A stretch of 63,980 nt of DNA, counting the filler, from a bacterium (GTDB lineage: Bacteria > JBBIVP01): assembly GCA_037439705.1 (NCBI GenBank). It is 7 parts of 7 records of this genome, joined end to end, with 100 filler letters (N's around TTAATTAATTAA, not from the genome) between each part and the next. Parts side by side here need not be neighbours in the genome. Positions count along the whole stretch, not along the records: positions 1 to 9,452 come from JBBIVP010000075.1; positions 9,553 to 18,984 come from JBBIVP010000076.1; 5 more parts are not named here. The stretch is one strand, 5' to 3'. The notes under the pieces were generated by a model. That model worked only from the letters and a program-made list of their open reading frames with translations. It ran no database searches and was not told the origin of the DNA. Each line of letters opens with the position of its first letter. Within the stretch, counting starts at the first letter, position 1. Below, piece after piece: positions 1 through 10,421 of the stretch. The position numbers and the translations under genes are program-made.

Positions 1-372
1 CATTGATGAGGTTCTTCGTATAATACAACAGGTTATTATGTTTAATAATCACCATCCCTCGGAGATATAGACAATGATGGAAAGCTTGAGGTTGTATTTG
101 GGTCTAATTATAAAATCTATGCCATTAATGGTGAGGATGGCTCAGTTCTATGGTCTTATACAACAGGTTATTATGTGCGATCCTCCCCATCCCTCGGAGA
201 TATAGACAATGATGGAAAGCTTGAGGTTGTAGTTGGGTCTTATGATGATAAAATCTATGCTATTGGAGCAGGTGGTAATGTTCCAGTCCCTTCTCTTTTG
301 CCCTGGCCAGAGTTCAAACACGATACAAAGAACACTGGATTTTACACAGGAAATCCAAATCCACCCTGGTAA
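1..372 (+). CDS. C-terminal fragment of an FG-GAP/VCBS-like repeat beta-propeller protein (5' part outside the window or disrupted)
   Basis: Frame 1 reads SPSLGDIDNDGKLEVV(F/V)GS...KIYAI twice and ends PWPEFKHD...NTG. The frame is open from 49 to 372, with in-frame stops at 4-9 and 43-48. Confidence 0.75.
24..263 (+). repeat. Intragenic tandem repeat, 135-bp period, ~2 copies
   Basis: ccatccctcggagatatagacaatgatggaaagcttgaggttgta is identical at 52-96 and 187-231; tacaacaggttattatgt occurs at 24 and 159. Confidence 0.9.
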
Positions 373-399
373 AATTGGGTTTCTGAATGAAAATTTTTA

Positions 400-1488
400 T
401 TAAAATGCCCCGAAAACAATTTCTTTCATTTTTTCCTGAAACACCTTTATGTCAAATTTTTTTGCATTTTCCCTTATTCTTTCAGGGTCAAAATCCATCT
501 TTTCAAACTTCATCACAGCATCAATTATTGCTTCAGTGGTCTGTTCATAAAAGAATATCCCCGTTTCTTCTGGAACCAAAGTTTCAAGAATCCCCCCTTT
601 TCCATAGGCTATAACAGGTCTTCCTGATGCCATGCATTCAAGGGGAACAATTCCGAAGTCCTCTTCCTGAGGAAAAATAAGTGCTCGGCAGGTTGAATAT
701 AGACTTTTCAATTTTTCGTCGTCTAAGGAGCCACAAAATTTTATGTTTGAGGAGGAGATTCTTTTTAAACTTTTATAAGCCGGTCCAGTTCCAATTATTA
801 TCAGTTTTTTCTTGAGTTTGTTAAAGGCGGAGATTGCAATATCTATCTTTTTATGGGGTAAAAGCCTTGATACGATGAGGTAAAAATCTTCCTGATTTCT
901 TTCTATGCTGAAGTTATCAACTTCAATTGGTGGATGAAGGATTTCGCTTTTCCTTCCATAGATGTCTTTTATTCTCTTTTGTATGTTCCTGCAGTTTGTG
1001 ATTATGAGGTCAATATTTTTAACTGCTTCCATGTCTTCATTTTTTAATTTTTTCAGAAATGCCATAAGGTATATTTCTTTTATAAATGAAAACCTTTCCT
1101 TCTCAAGGTAATGGTATTTAAAATAAAGAAACCTTGGCGGGGTATGGATATAACCTATATGAATGGCTTCGTTCTTTTTTATGCATTTTGCAAAAGCGGA
1201 GGAGGATGAAATGATGAGGTCATAACCGTTGAGGTCAAGGCTTTTAAAGGCTTCAGGATATAATGGTAGGTAGATTCTGTGCCCGATGAAGTGAAAATAG
1301 ATTTTTTGTAGGAAACTGGTTCTTATTTTTAAATTTTTGAAAAAGGGAAATGTGCCTTCGGGGTCATAGAGAGAGGTGAAGAGATCAGCCTCAGGAAATG
1401 TTTTCATAAAGGCAATAACAACCCTCTCTGCTCCTCCTCTCTGTGTCAGATAATCGTGAACCACTGCAATTTTTTTACAGCTCTTCAT
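400..1488 (-). CDS. Glycosyltransferase family 4 (GT-B)
   Basis: HDYL..RGGAERV N-terminus; EDFGIVPLECMASGRPVI donor-binding motif. Confidence 0.9.
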   Translation of the reverse strand: MKSCKKIAVVHDYLTQRGGAERVVIAFMKTFPEADLFTSLYDPEGTFPFFKNLKIRTSFLQKIYFHFIGHRIYLPLYPEAFKSLDLNGYDLIISSSSAFAKCIKKNEAIHIGYIHTPPRFLYFKYHYLEKERFSFIKEIYLMAFLKKLKNEDMEAVKNIDLIITNCRNIQKRIKDIYGRKSEILHPPIEVDNFSIERNQEDFYLIVSRLLPHKKIDIAISAFNKLKKKLIIIGTGPAYKSLKRISSSNIKFCGSLDDEKLKSLYSTCRALIFPQEEDFGIVPLECMASGRPVIAYGKGGILETLVPEETGIFFYEQTTEAIIDAVMKFEKMDFDPERIRENAKKFDIKVFQEKMKEIVFGAF

Positions 1489-2620
1489 TCAGAATTTTTT
1501 TAATTCTATCAGAGATTTCGTCCGGTGAAAAGAGTTCGTAGGAAAGAAATAGTCCTCTTATAACTTTTTCTTTTGAGGCTTCATCGTGAAGAACCGAAAT
1601 AATTTTTTTTGAAAGGTCATCACCTTCTGAAAATAACCATCCGCAATTTTTTTCCTTTATTATTCTACCAATTCCGCTTTCTTCAGGAACAAGAACTGGA
1701 ACCACGCATGCCATTGCCTCTCCTATAACCCTTCCGAATGGCTCATTTAAAGATGTCAAAAGAACGAGGTCAGAAGCATTAATTACCATTTCCACATCAT
1801 CCCTTCTTCCAAGAAACATCACATTTTCCGAAAGGTCTTCCTCTGATACCATTTCTTTGAGGCTTTCATAATAAAGTTCATTTGGAAGCCTCCTTTTCTT
1901 TCCCCTGAATACGACCTCACCAACTATTAAAAGAAGCACATCAGGGTATTTATTCCTTATGGATTTTACTGCATTAATCGTCATTTCGAGCCTTTTCCAT
2001 GGAGCAATCTGCCCTATCACGCTTATAATGGGGTATCTGTTTTCAATCCCGAGAGCTTTCTTCGCAAATTTTGAATCAATGAACCTGAAAAACCTGTATC
2101 CTACAGGGCTATAGATTATGCTTGTTTTCTTTTCGTCTCTTATTCCGAATTTTTCTCTTGTAAATTCTGAATTGAAAATGAGGTGACCTGAAAAATTCGT
2201 GAGGAAGTAGGTAATTATTTTTGAAATTAAAGAGTTGTGAGGGAGTATATCCCTTATGTGAACAACGGTTCGGATACCACAAAGAAATGAAAGGATAGTT
2301 GCCAGTCCTCCTCTTATAGTATTTGCATATATTAAATCTGCCTTCCATCTTCTTGAAAAAATCAGGAGCCACAGGGATGCTCTGAGAAGGTGTGCAAGGA
2401 AAACAAGTATATAAAAAGGATTTTTCTTCAAACCAATATCTAAAGCGGGAGCGGAAATCCATTTTATTTTTCTCTTTTCTGCAAATTCAACAATTTTTCC
2501 CGGTGGACATGCAAGTATAAACTCGTTATCTTTTATCTCCGAAAGCATTTCTAAAAGGGAAATCTCTGCTCCACTTACAAGGGATGTGTGATTGTAAAAA
2601 AGGATTCTTTTATCCCTCAT
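1475..2620 (-). CDS. Glycosyltransferase family 4 (GT-B)
   Basis: SGAEISL, EPFGRVIGEAMAC motifs. Start moved to the ATG at 2620 (MRDKRIL), which overlaps the upstream gene's end. Confidence 0.88.
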   Translation of the reverse strand: MRDKRILFYNHTSLVSGAEISLLEMLSEIKDNEFILACPPGKIVEFAEKRKIKWISAPALDIGLKKNPFYILVFLAHLLRASLWLLIFSRRWKADLIYANTIRGGLATILSFLCGIRTVVHIRDILPHNSLISKIITYFLTNFSGHLIFNSEFTREKFGIRDEKKTSIIYSPVGYRFFRFIDSKFAKKALGIENRYPIISVIGQIAPWKRLEMTINAVKSIRNKYPDVLLLIVGEVVFRGKKRRLPNELYYESLKEMVSEEDLSENVMFLGRRDDVEMVINASDLVLLTSLNEPFGRVIGEAMACVVPVLVPEESGIGRIIKEKNCGWLFSEGDDLSKKIISVLHDEASKEKVIRGLFLSYELFSPDEISDRIKKILNEEL

Positions 2621-3965
2621 TCCTGATGTATTTCGGAGAAAATTCATTCAGAAGTAGAGAAATGGCTTCCTCTTTTGTTTTTATTCTATTTGCTATCATG
2701 TTGTTTATAATGAAATCTTTCGCCTTTCCAACAAGTGGAGATGGAGGAATTTTAAGAATCTTCTGAATCTCAAACCCATCAAGAAGTGGCTTTATTTTTG
2801 TGGTCTTCATCTTTATTACTTCTTCCTTTACCCTTCTTAAAAGTTCCTCTGCCAGCCTTAACCTGTTCTCGTAATCTAAGGAGCCCCTTGTTGATTTTAT
2901 ATCCGCTATCAGGTGATCAAGTGTTTCCCAGATATGGTCTCCGAGTTTATATATTAATCTTCTTATTGCTGAATTCGTCCACGAGGCAGTATATATTATC
3001 ATATGCTGTTGAATGATAAATACTGCTTTATCCCTTATTTCCTTTGGAAATCCCCACCTTGTGAGAACCTTTTCACATATTTCCGCCGAAATCTTTTGGT
3101 GCCCGTAATAGACCCATTTTCCTTTTTCATATCGTTCAGTAAAAGCCTTTCCGAAATCGTGGAAGAATCCAGCAATTTTGAGCGGAAGGGATTTTCCCTT
3201 CAGAAGTTTTACAGTTCTTATGCTGTGTGAAAAAATGTCTTCAATGTGATAGGGAGTTTTTTGCTCTTTATAAAGAGCAGGAACAATTTCTGGAATAATT
3301 TTTTCAATAATCTCGCCATCCCTTAACATGAGAAGTGAAGCGGATGGGTCAGGAAGTTCAAAAATTTTCATCATTTCTTCTCCAATCCTTTCTGCTGGTT
3401 CTTCTTGAAGGAGATATGAAAGTTCTTTCATATTGTTCCACAGGTTTTCATCTATTGAAGATGATGTCTCACAGGCGAAGCGCACAGCCCTTATAATTCT
3501 TATAGGGTCCTCTTTCAGGGTTTTTTCAGGAGACATGGGTGTTCTTATAACCCTCAGAGAAAGGTCGGTTTTACCGGTGCCAAGCGGGTCAAGCATTTTG
3601 TCAGCCTTTTCTTTAAGTGGAATCACAAGCGTATTAATTGTGAAATCCCTATGTAAAAGGTCTGTTTTTAAGGTTTTGAACTTGGAAGGAATGATCTCAA
3701 TCTCCACACCCATTCTGAATAGAATTTTTTCAAATCCCTTACCGGTCTGGTATCGGATATGGTGGGGGAATCTGTAATCCCTCTCCAAAATTTCTATTAA
3801 TTTTTCAATCTTTTCGTTTTCCATGATGAGCACATCAATGTCCCTGATCTTTCCCTGAATAATTTTTGCTCTTGGATATCCACCAACTATATATGCGGAA
3901 AGTTTCAGCTTTTTTACCGCTTCCACCAATATGTTGATAATTTTTTCTTCAACTTCTTTTTCCAT
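2610..3965 (-). CDS. cca: tRNA nucleotidyltransferase (class II) with HD domain; probably CC-adding type
   Basis: VGG..R, DIDV, RDFTIN, EDPIRIIRAVRF, ERI..E motifs and an HD domain (FHDFGK). The segment before RDFTIN is short. Confidence 0.85.
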   Translation of the reverse strand: MEKEVEEKIINILVEAVKKLKLSAYIVGGYPRAKIIQGKIRDIDVLIMENEKIEKLIEILERDYRFPHHIRYQTGKGFEKILFRMGVEIEIIPSKFKTLKTDLLHRDFTINTLVIPLKEKADKMLDPLGTGKTDLSLRVIRTPMSPEKTLKEDPIRIIRAVRFACETSSSIDENLWNNMKELSYLLQEEPAERIGEEMMKIFELPDPSASLLMLRDGEIIEKIIPEIVPALYKEQKTPYHIEDIFSHSIRTVKLLKGKSLPLKIAGFFHDFGKAFTERYEKGKWVYYGHQKISAEICEKVLTRWGFPKEIRDKAVFIIQQHMIIYTASWTNSAIRRLIYKLGDHIWETLDHLIADIKSTRGSLDYENRLRLAEELLRRVKEEVIKMKTTKIKPLLDGFEIQKILKIPPSPLVGKAKDFIINNMIANRIKTKEEAISLLLNEFSPKYIRNEG

Positions 3966-3993
3966 TTTTTAATTGGTATCACAAAATTGATTA

Positions 3994-5370
<1,377 letters not shown>

Positions 5371-5374
5371 TCAA

Positions 5375-6148
5375 ATGAAGGGAGATTTTTTCAAAGGAAT
5401 TGTTCAGTGGGAATTTAAAAAGGAAGGACTTGAGGGTAATTTTAAGCTGCCTGTTTTCTATTATGATAATACCTCCGTTACCGCAATTTATACTGCTTCA
5501 ACATCAAAGGTAAGGAAATACCTTCCTCATCCGGATATGAATCCAGTTGAATTGTTTCCTGGTAGATGTCTTGTTGGTTTTACAGCCTTTGAGTACAGGA
5601 AGACCGATATAAATCCTTATAACGAATTTTCCATTTCTGTTCCGATAAGCTTCGGTAAGAAATCATGGGTTGGAATAGGAGTTCTGGGACAGATGTTGAA
5701 AAGGAGGTTCACCGTTTATATATGGCATCTTCCTGTAACCACTGAAATTGCAAGGTTTGGAGGGGTTGAATTGTACGGATATCCAAAATTTATAGCAAAT
5801 ATAGATTTTAAAGAATCTGGAGACTTTATAGAATGCAAACTACAGGAGGGTGAGGAACATATTCTTACATTGAGAGGAAAAAAGCTCAAAACATCAAAGG
5901 AAAAGGAGATGAAATACACAACCTATTCTATAAAGGACGGAATTCCTCTTGTTGCGAATGTTTTAGTAAATCCAATTGAGTTTGCACAGAGCGTGAATCC
6001 CTCTTCTGCAGAATTACAAATAGGTGAGGACCACCCCATCTGTAAAGAACTTAAAGATATAGAGCTTGGGAAATATCCGGTTTTCTATCAATACATTCCA
6101 TTGAACGAAGCAATTCTATTTGGACCAAGAAATCTTATTGATATATGA
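5375..6148 (+). CDS. Acetoacetate decarboxylase-like superfamily protein
   Basis: FEYRKTDINPYNEF and LPVTTEIARFGGVELYGYPK (Schiff-base Lys motif). RBS aggaggt upstream. Confidence 0.75.
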   Translation: MKGDFFKGIVQWEFKKEGLEGNFKLPVFYYDNTSVTAIYTASTSKVRKYLPHPDMNPVELFPGRCLVGFTAFEYRKTDINPYNEFSISVPISFGKKSWVGIGVLGQMLKRRFTVYIWHLPVTTEIARFGGVELYGYPKFIANIDFKESGDFIECKLQEGEEHILTLRGKKLKTSKEKEMKYTTYSIKDGIPLVANVLVNPIEFAQSVNPSSAELQIGEDHPICKELKDIELGKYPVFYQYIPLNEAILFGPRNLIDI

Positions 6149-7515
6149 AGGATATTCTGGAAGAGCATCCCGAACTTAAAAGGGACAAACTGGCAAGATA
6201 TGTTATTGAATCCGGAAGGAAATTTAAAGAAAGGTTTATTGTTCCACATGCTCACGAACTTGATAGAAAACTTCTTCTTGACCCTCACTATCATCCGGAA
6301 GAAATAATAAAAAGGGGATGTGAATTCAGATTTTTTAGCCTTCCGGTTCCTAAATTCATAGGTGGATTGGGCGGAGGTGCATTGCATGTTTCATTGCTCA
6401 TGGAAGAACTCTGTTCAGGATGTGGGGGGATTGCAAACATTTTTGGTGCCCATTATTTAGGACTCGCTGGAGTCCTTGTATCCGCTGACCTTTACGCATA
6501 CGGTAAATTCGTTACGGAGATAGTGAAAGGGGAAATGGAGAAAAAACCCATTATATTTTCAGCAGCCATAACAGAACCAACTGCTGGGACGGATGTAGAA
6601 GATAGAGACCTTCTGCCAAAAGCAAAACTTGTCCTCTCAGCAAAAAAACTGGATAATGGCTATCTTCTTAATGGAAGAAAGGTATTTATAAGCAATGGAA
6701 GCATTGCGGATTATAACCTTGTAGTGTGTGCCCTTGACAGAAAAAGACCACTTGAAACATTTAGCGGTTTTGTTGTCCCAAAGGGAACACCGGGATTTTC
6801 CATTGGAAGAATAGAACTCAAAATGGGACAGAGGGCGTGTCATGCTGCAGAACTGGTTTTTGAGGATTGTTTTATCCCCGAGGAAAACAGGGTCGGAATG
6901 GAAGGAGACGGTATGCTTGCAGTTGAACTTGTTCTTTCCGCATCAAGGGGGCCTGTTGGTGCGATAGCCACAGGGATTGCAAGAGGGGCTTATGAAAGAG
7001 CCCTTGATTATGCAAGAAACAAGAAGACGAGAAACGGAAGGTTAATTGATAAACAGTGGGTTCAGTTAACACTTGCAGAAATGGATGCAATGGTGAGAAA
7101 GGCAAGAAATGCTTATATTCAGGCTTCCATCTTTTTTGACAGGTTTATTCTCAACGGAATAATGAAGGGATTTCCTCAAATTGGATTGCTGAAAAGGATT
7201 TTTGAAAGTAAAGGATTTCTCAATTTCACTAAAAGGGATTTCTTTAAAAAGAGATGGTATGAATTCATAAAAAGCAGAATAGACCAGAAAATGCTGTACA
7301 CATCCTTCGGACTATCCTCTTTCGCAAAGTTTTCCTCAAGCGATATAGCGGTTAAGGTGTGTTTAATGGCAATGAAGATTCTCGGGAATGAAGGTGCTGA
7401 AGAAAGGAATTTGGTGGAGAAATTTATGAGGGACGCAAAACTTACCCAGATTTATGAGGGCACGAATCAACTCAATAGACTGACTGTTTTCAAAACCCTA
7501 ATTTCAGGACACTGA
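6145..7515 (+). CDS. Acyl-CoA dehydrogenase, catalytic-type subunit
   Basis: ITEPTAGTD, LNGRKVFISNG, KMGQRA, QIYEGTNQ (catalytic Glu). Confidence 0.9.
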   Translation: MKDILEEHPELKRDKLARYVIESGRKFKERFIVPHAHELDRKLLLDPHYHPEEIIKRGCEFRFFSLPVPKFIGGLGGGALHVSLLMEELCSGCGGIANIFGAHYLGLAGVLVSADLYAYGKFVTEIVKGEMEKKPIIFSAAITEPTAGTDVEDRDLLPKAKLVLSAKKLDNGYLLNGRKVFISNGSIADYNLVVCALDRKRPLETFSGFVVPKGTPGFSIGRIELKMGQRACHAAELVFEDCFIPEENRVGMEGDGMLAVELVLSASRGPVGAIATGIARGAYERALDYARNKKTRNGRLIDKQWVQLTLAEMDAMVRKARNAYIQASIFFDRFILNGIMKGFPQIGLLKRIFESKGFLNFTKRDFFKKRWYEFIKSRIDQKMLYTSFGLSSFAKFSSSDIAVKVCLMAMKILGNEGAEERNLVEKFMRDAKLTQIYEGTNQLNRLTVFKTLISGH

Positions 7516-8549
7516 TGAACGGACAAGAGAGAAAGATAATCATTGAGACAGCAGAAAAATTTATGAGAAAGGTTTTTCTTCCTCATATTTCCACCTTTGA
7601 TAAGTTTCCTCTATTACCTCCTCCTTTTGAGCCAAGCAAAAAATTCTTTGAAATGGGAATTCATGAACTCGTAAAAGGTATGGACATACTTTCGGTTGTT
7701 GAAGTTCTAATGAAAGTATCGGAATTCTGTGCAGGTTTAGGGGCTTTTTTAGGTTATATGATTGCTGGAGAGATTTTGAAAATAAAATCTGGAATTGAAA
7801 CTGATGGAATTACATCAATTGCTATCTTTGAAGATGAGGATTTAGATTTAGAAAATGGCGGAAGGTTTTTTGTGAAAATGGAGGATGGAAAATTGAGGGG
7901 GATAAAAAAATCTGTGTTTCTTTTTCATCTGGCAGATATTTTTGCTGTTTTCTGCGAACTGGATGGAGAAAAAACAATTGCCTGGATAAGAAGAGAGGAT
8001 GTCAATGTGAATGAACCATCTGGTTTGATCGGCATAAGGGCATGCCCGTGTTCTGACATAGTTATAAAAAATTCTGTTCAGCCTTTAAAATTAACCCCTG
8101 CAGACAAACTTTTTCATTATTCCATTTCTCTTATCAGTTTGTTTTCATCAGCCTGTGCCTGTTCCACAGCAATTTCCGCCATTGAAAAAGCCTCTTCCTA
8201 TGCAAAGGAAAGGTATCAGGGAGGAAGCTTAATAATTGAATACGATGCCATAAAACTAATGCTATCCCATAACAGGATTTTACTCGGGAAGTGCAGGGAT
8301 TTAATTTTGAAGACTGCCGAAAATTTTAGAGAAGATGAAGTTTTATGGGTTGATGCTGTAAGAACCAAAATTTTCGCATCGGAGGTGGCAGTTAATGCAT
8401 GTCTTGATGCAATCCAGGTTTTTGGCGGATATGGATATATGAGGGATTACGAGGTTGAGAAGAGGTTCAGAGACGCAGTCGCCCTTTCCCTTCAACCCTT
8501 TGATAGTATCAGAGCGACCCTCTACCTTAATTCCATTGGAACCAAATGA
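7515..8549 (+). CDS. Acyl-CoA dehydrogenase-family protein, short partner subunit
   Basis: YAKERYQGG and IQVFGGYGYMRDYEVEKRFRDA present; TEP and YEG motifs absent. Its start overlaps the upstream stop. Confidence 0.85.
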   Translation: MNGQERKIIIETAEKFMRKVFLPHISTFDKFPLLPPPFEPSKKFFEMGIHELVKGMDILSVVEVLMKVSEFCAGLGAFLGYMIAGEILKIKSGIETDGITSIAIFEDEDLDLENGGRFFVKMEDGKLRGIKKSVFLFHLADIFAVFCELDGEKTIAWIRREDVNVNEPSGLIGIRACPCSDIVIKNSVQPLKLTPADKLFHYSISLISLFSSACACSTAISAIEKASSYAKERYQGGSLIIEYDAIKLMLSHNRILLGKCRDLILKTAENFREDEVLWVDAVRTKIFASEVAVNACLDAIQVFGGYGYMRDYEVEKRFRDAVALSLQPFDSIRATLYLNSIGTK

Positions 8550-8595
8550 TTTTAAAGACTTTAAAAATGAAAATTGGAATAAAAGGAGGAGAAAG

Positions 8596-9452
8596 ATGAA
8601 AAGCGCGATGAGAAAATGGGGCACCTGCAAAATTTTTCTGGTTCTTTTTTGCTTTTTTTTAAAGCCAGAGGTTATGCTGGCAGTAGATTTTGATAAAATG
8701 CACAGAGAAATTGAGACATTTTTAACCGGGAAAAAATTCAATTTTGAAAAAACTTATAATTTAAAAATAGGGACCCTCGCTCCTGAAATGACTCCCTGGA
8801 CAAACATACCAAGAAATTACATAATCCCTAAAATTCTTGAGGTTTCTGATGGAAAAGTAAAATTGGTGTTGTATTCCAGTGGTGTGATGGGAGATGACCC
8901 TGATGTTGTAAGAAAAATGAGACTGGGACAGCTTCAGGGATGCGGATGTACCGCAACAGGACTTTACATTCTTGATCCCGAACTTTCGGTATTTTCACTT
9001 CCTTTTATCTTTTCAGACTATGATGAGGTAAATTATGTCCTTGATAAATTGAAACCTGATATTGAGGCTTTACTGAAGAAGAAGAATCTCATGATTTTTT
9101 CGTTGATTCACACGGGATTTATGTACCTTTTTTCAAAAGAAATGATTAACTCACTGGAACTTATGAGAAAGGCAAAGGTTCTTACATGGTTCGGGAAAAT
9201 AGAACAGGAAACCCTGAAATCCATTGGAATTAATCCAGTTCCTCTTTCTGTGCCTGAAGTTGTTATGGGTTTGAGGAGTGGGCTTATAACTGCGCATTTC
9301 TCTCCTCCTGTATGGTCATTGAGTGCTCAGGCTTACCTTTCAACTCCTTTCTCCATGGAACCTCCGTTTTTTTATGCTCCAGCAGGAGTAGTGGTTGACA
9401 CCAACAGCATAAAGGATTTGCCTCCGGAAGCAATTTTCCTCTCAAATGATAT
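8596..9452 (+). CDS. TRAP transporter substrate-binding protein (DctP family), truncated at contig end
   Basis: LKIGTLAPEMTPW, GVMGDDPDVVRKMRLGQLQG. RBS aggagg at 8584 supports the ATG at 8596. Paralogous to 49298-50296. Confidence 0.85.
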
Positions 9453-9552
9453 NNNNNNNNNNNNNNNNNNNNNNNNNNNNNNNNNNNNNNNNNNNNTTAA
9501 TTAATTAANNNNNNNNNNNNNNNNNNNNNNNNNNNNNNNNNNNNNNNNNNNN
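9453..9552. other. Artificial contig linker (N run with TTAATTAATTAA all-frame stop)
   Basis: 100-nt spacer, identical in six places. Confidence 0.98.
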
Positions 9553-9666
9553 AGTTATTGTGAAGGTAGCTTTGCATTTGAGACATTGAATTTTTCCACC
9601 GTGGTCCTCAATAAATTTGTCGCTGTAAATATACAATGCTCCGCAGGCTGGGCACTTAACCTTCAC
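9553..9666 (-). CDS. MJ0042-type zinc-ribbon domain protein, N-terminal fragment (not in ORF track)
   Basis: Hand translation from GTG 9666: VKVKCPACGALYIYSDKFIEDHGGKIQCLKCKATFTIT, with two CxxC pairs. Runs into the gap. Confidence 0.8.
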
Positions 9667-9670
9667 CTTC

Positions 9671-10321
9671 TCACCCCATTCTTTTTAAAAGTGAAACTTG
9701 GTTGCTCTGAATAATCTCCAACTCTTCTTCAGAAATTCCCAGTCCCTTAACAAATTTTTTCCATTTTTCCTCATCCATTATATCCGATGGAGAGTGGGCG
9801 TCTGAATTTATAACTACAGGTAATCCGTAATTTCTTGCCAGTTTTAATACATGCCCGTTTGCCATAGAATGTCCCCTCCTTGAGGAGATTTCAAGAAAAA
9901 CCCCCATTTCCACAGCTGTTTTTACTGTTTCTTCATTGAGGAAACCCGGATGGGCGAGTATATCTATACCTGCCCTCACCCCGTAAAAATTGGTTTTTTC
10001 AGGCACAGGTTCAACTGGAGTTTCTCCGTGAAGGACAATGAGCTTTGCTCCCAATTCCCTTGCCCTTTTAACAAGCCCCTCTATCATCCTCGGTGGAACA
10101 TGGGTAAATTCTATTCCTGGAATCGCAATTATTTCTGTTTCCCTTGTTATGTCCTCACACACCCTTAGTATTGAGGAAATGACGAATTCAAAGTTTGAAG
10201 TGTCAGCATGGTCGGTAATAGCAACAGCCTTATAGTTTTTTTCTTCATACCTCCTCAATAACTCAGAAGGTAAAAGCTCTCCATCGCTGAAAATGGTGTG
10301 GGTGTGGAAATCAAAAAGCAT
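9671..10321 (-). CDS. PHP-domain phosphoesterase (histidinol-phosphatase-like)
   Basis: DFHTHT..SDG, AITDH, LAHP, NSDAH motifs. Confidence 0.88.
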   Translation of the reverse strand: MLFDFHTHTIFSDGELLPSELLRRYEEKNYKAVAITDHADTSNFEFVISSILRVCEDITRETEIIAIPGIEFTHVPPRMIEGLVKRARELGAKLIVLHGETPVEPVPEKTNFYGVRAGIDILAHPGFLNEETVKTAVEMGVFLEISSRRGHSMANGHVLKLARNYGLPVVINSDAHSPSDIMDEEKWKKFVKGLGISEEELEIIQSNQVSLLKRMG

Positions 10322-10421
10322 AATTTATTATACCATAAAAAGAAGACAAAAAACAATTCAACCAGTTCCATTTGCCTTTTTGTTTTATTTTTTTTAAAAT
10401 CTCAAAAAAAGGAGGAGCGAG

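Noticed and set aside
1-263. Repeat pair as a diversity-generating retroelement TR/VR or a CRISPR array
   Set aside because: Mismatches are not confined to adenines, the units are in-frame protein repeats, and no reverse transcriptase or cas gene is in the window.
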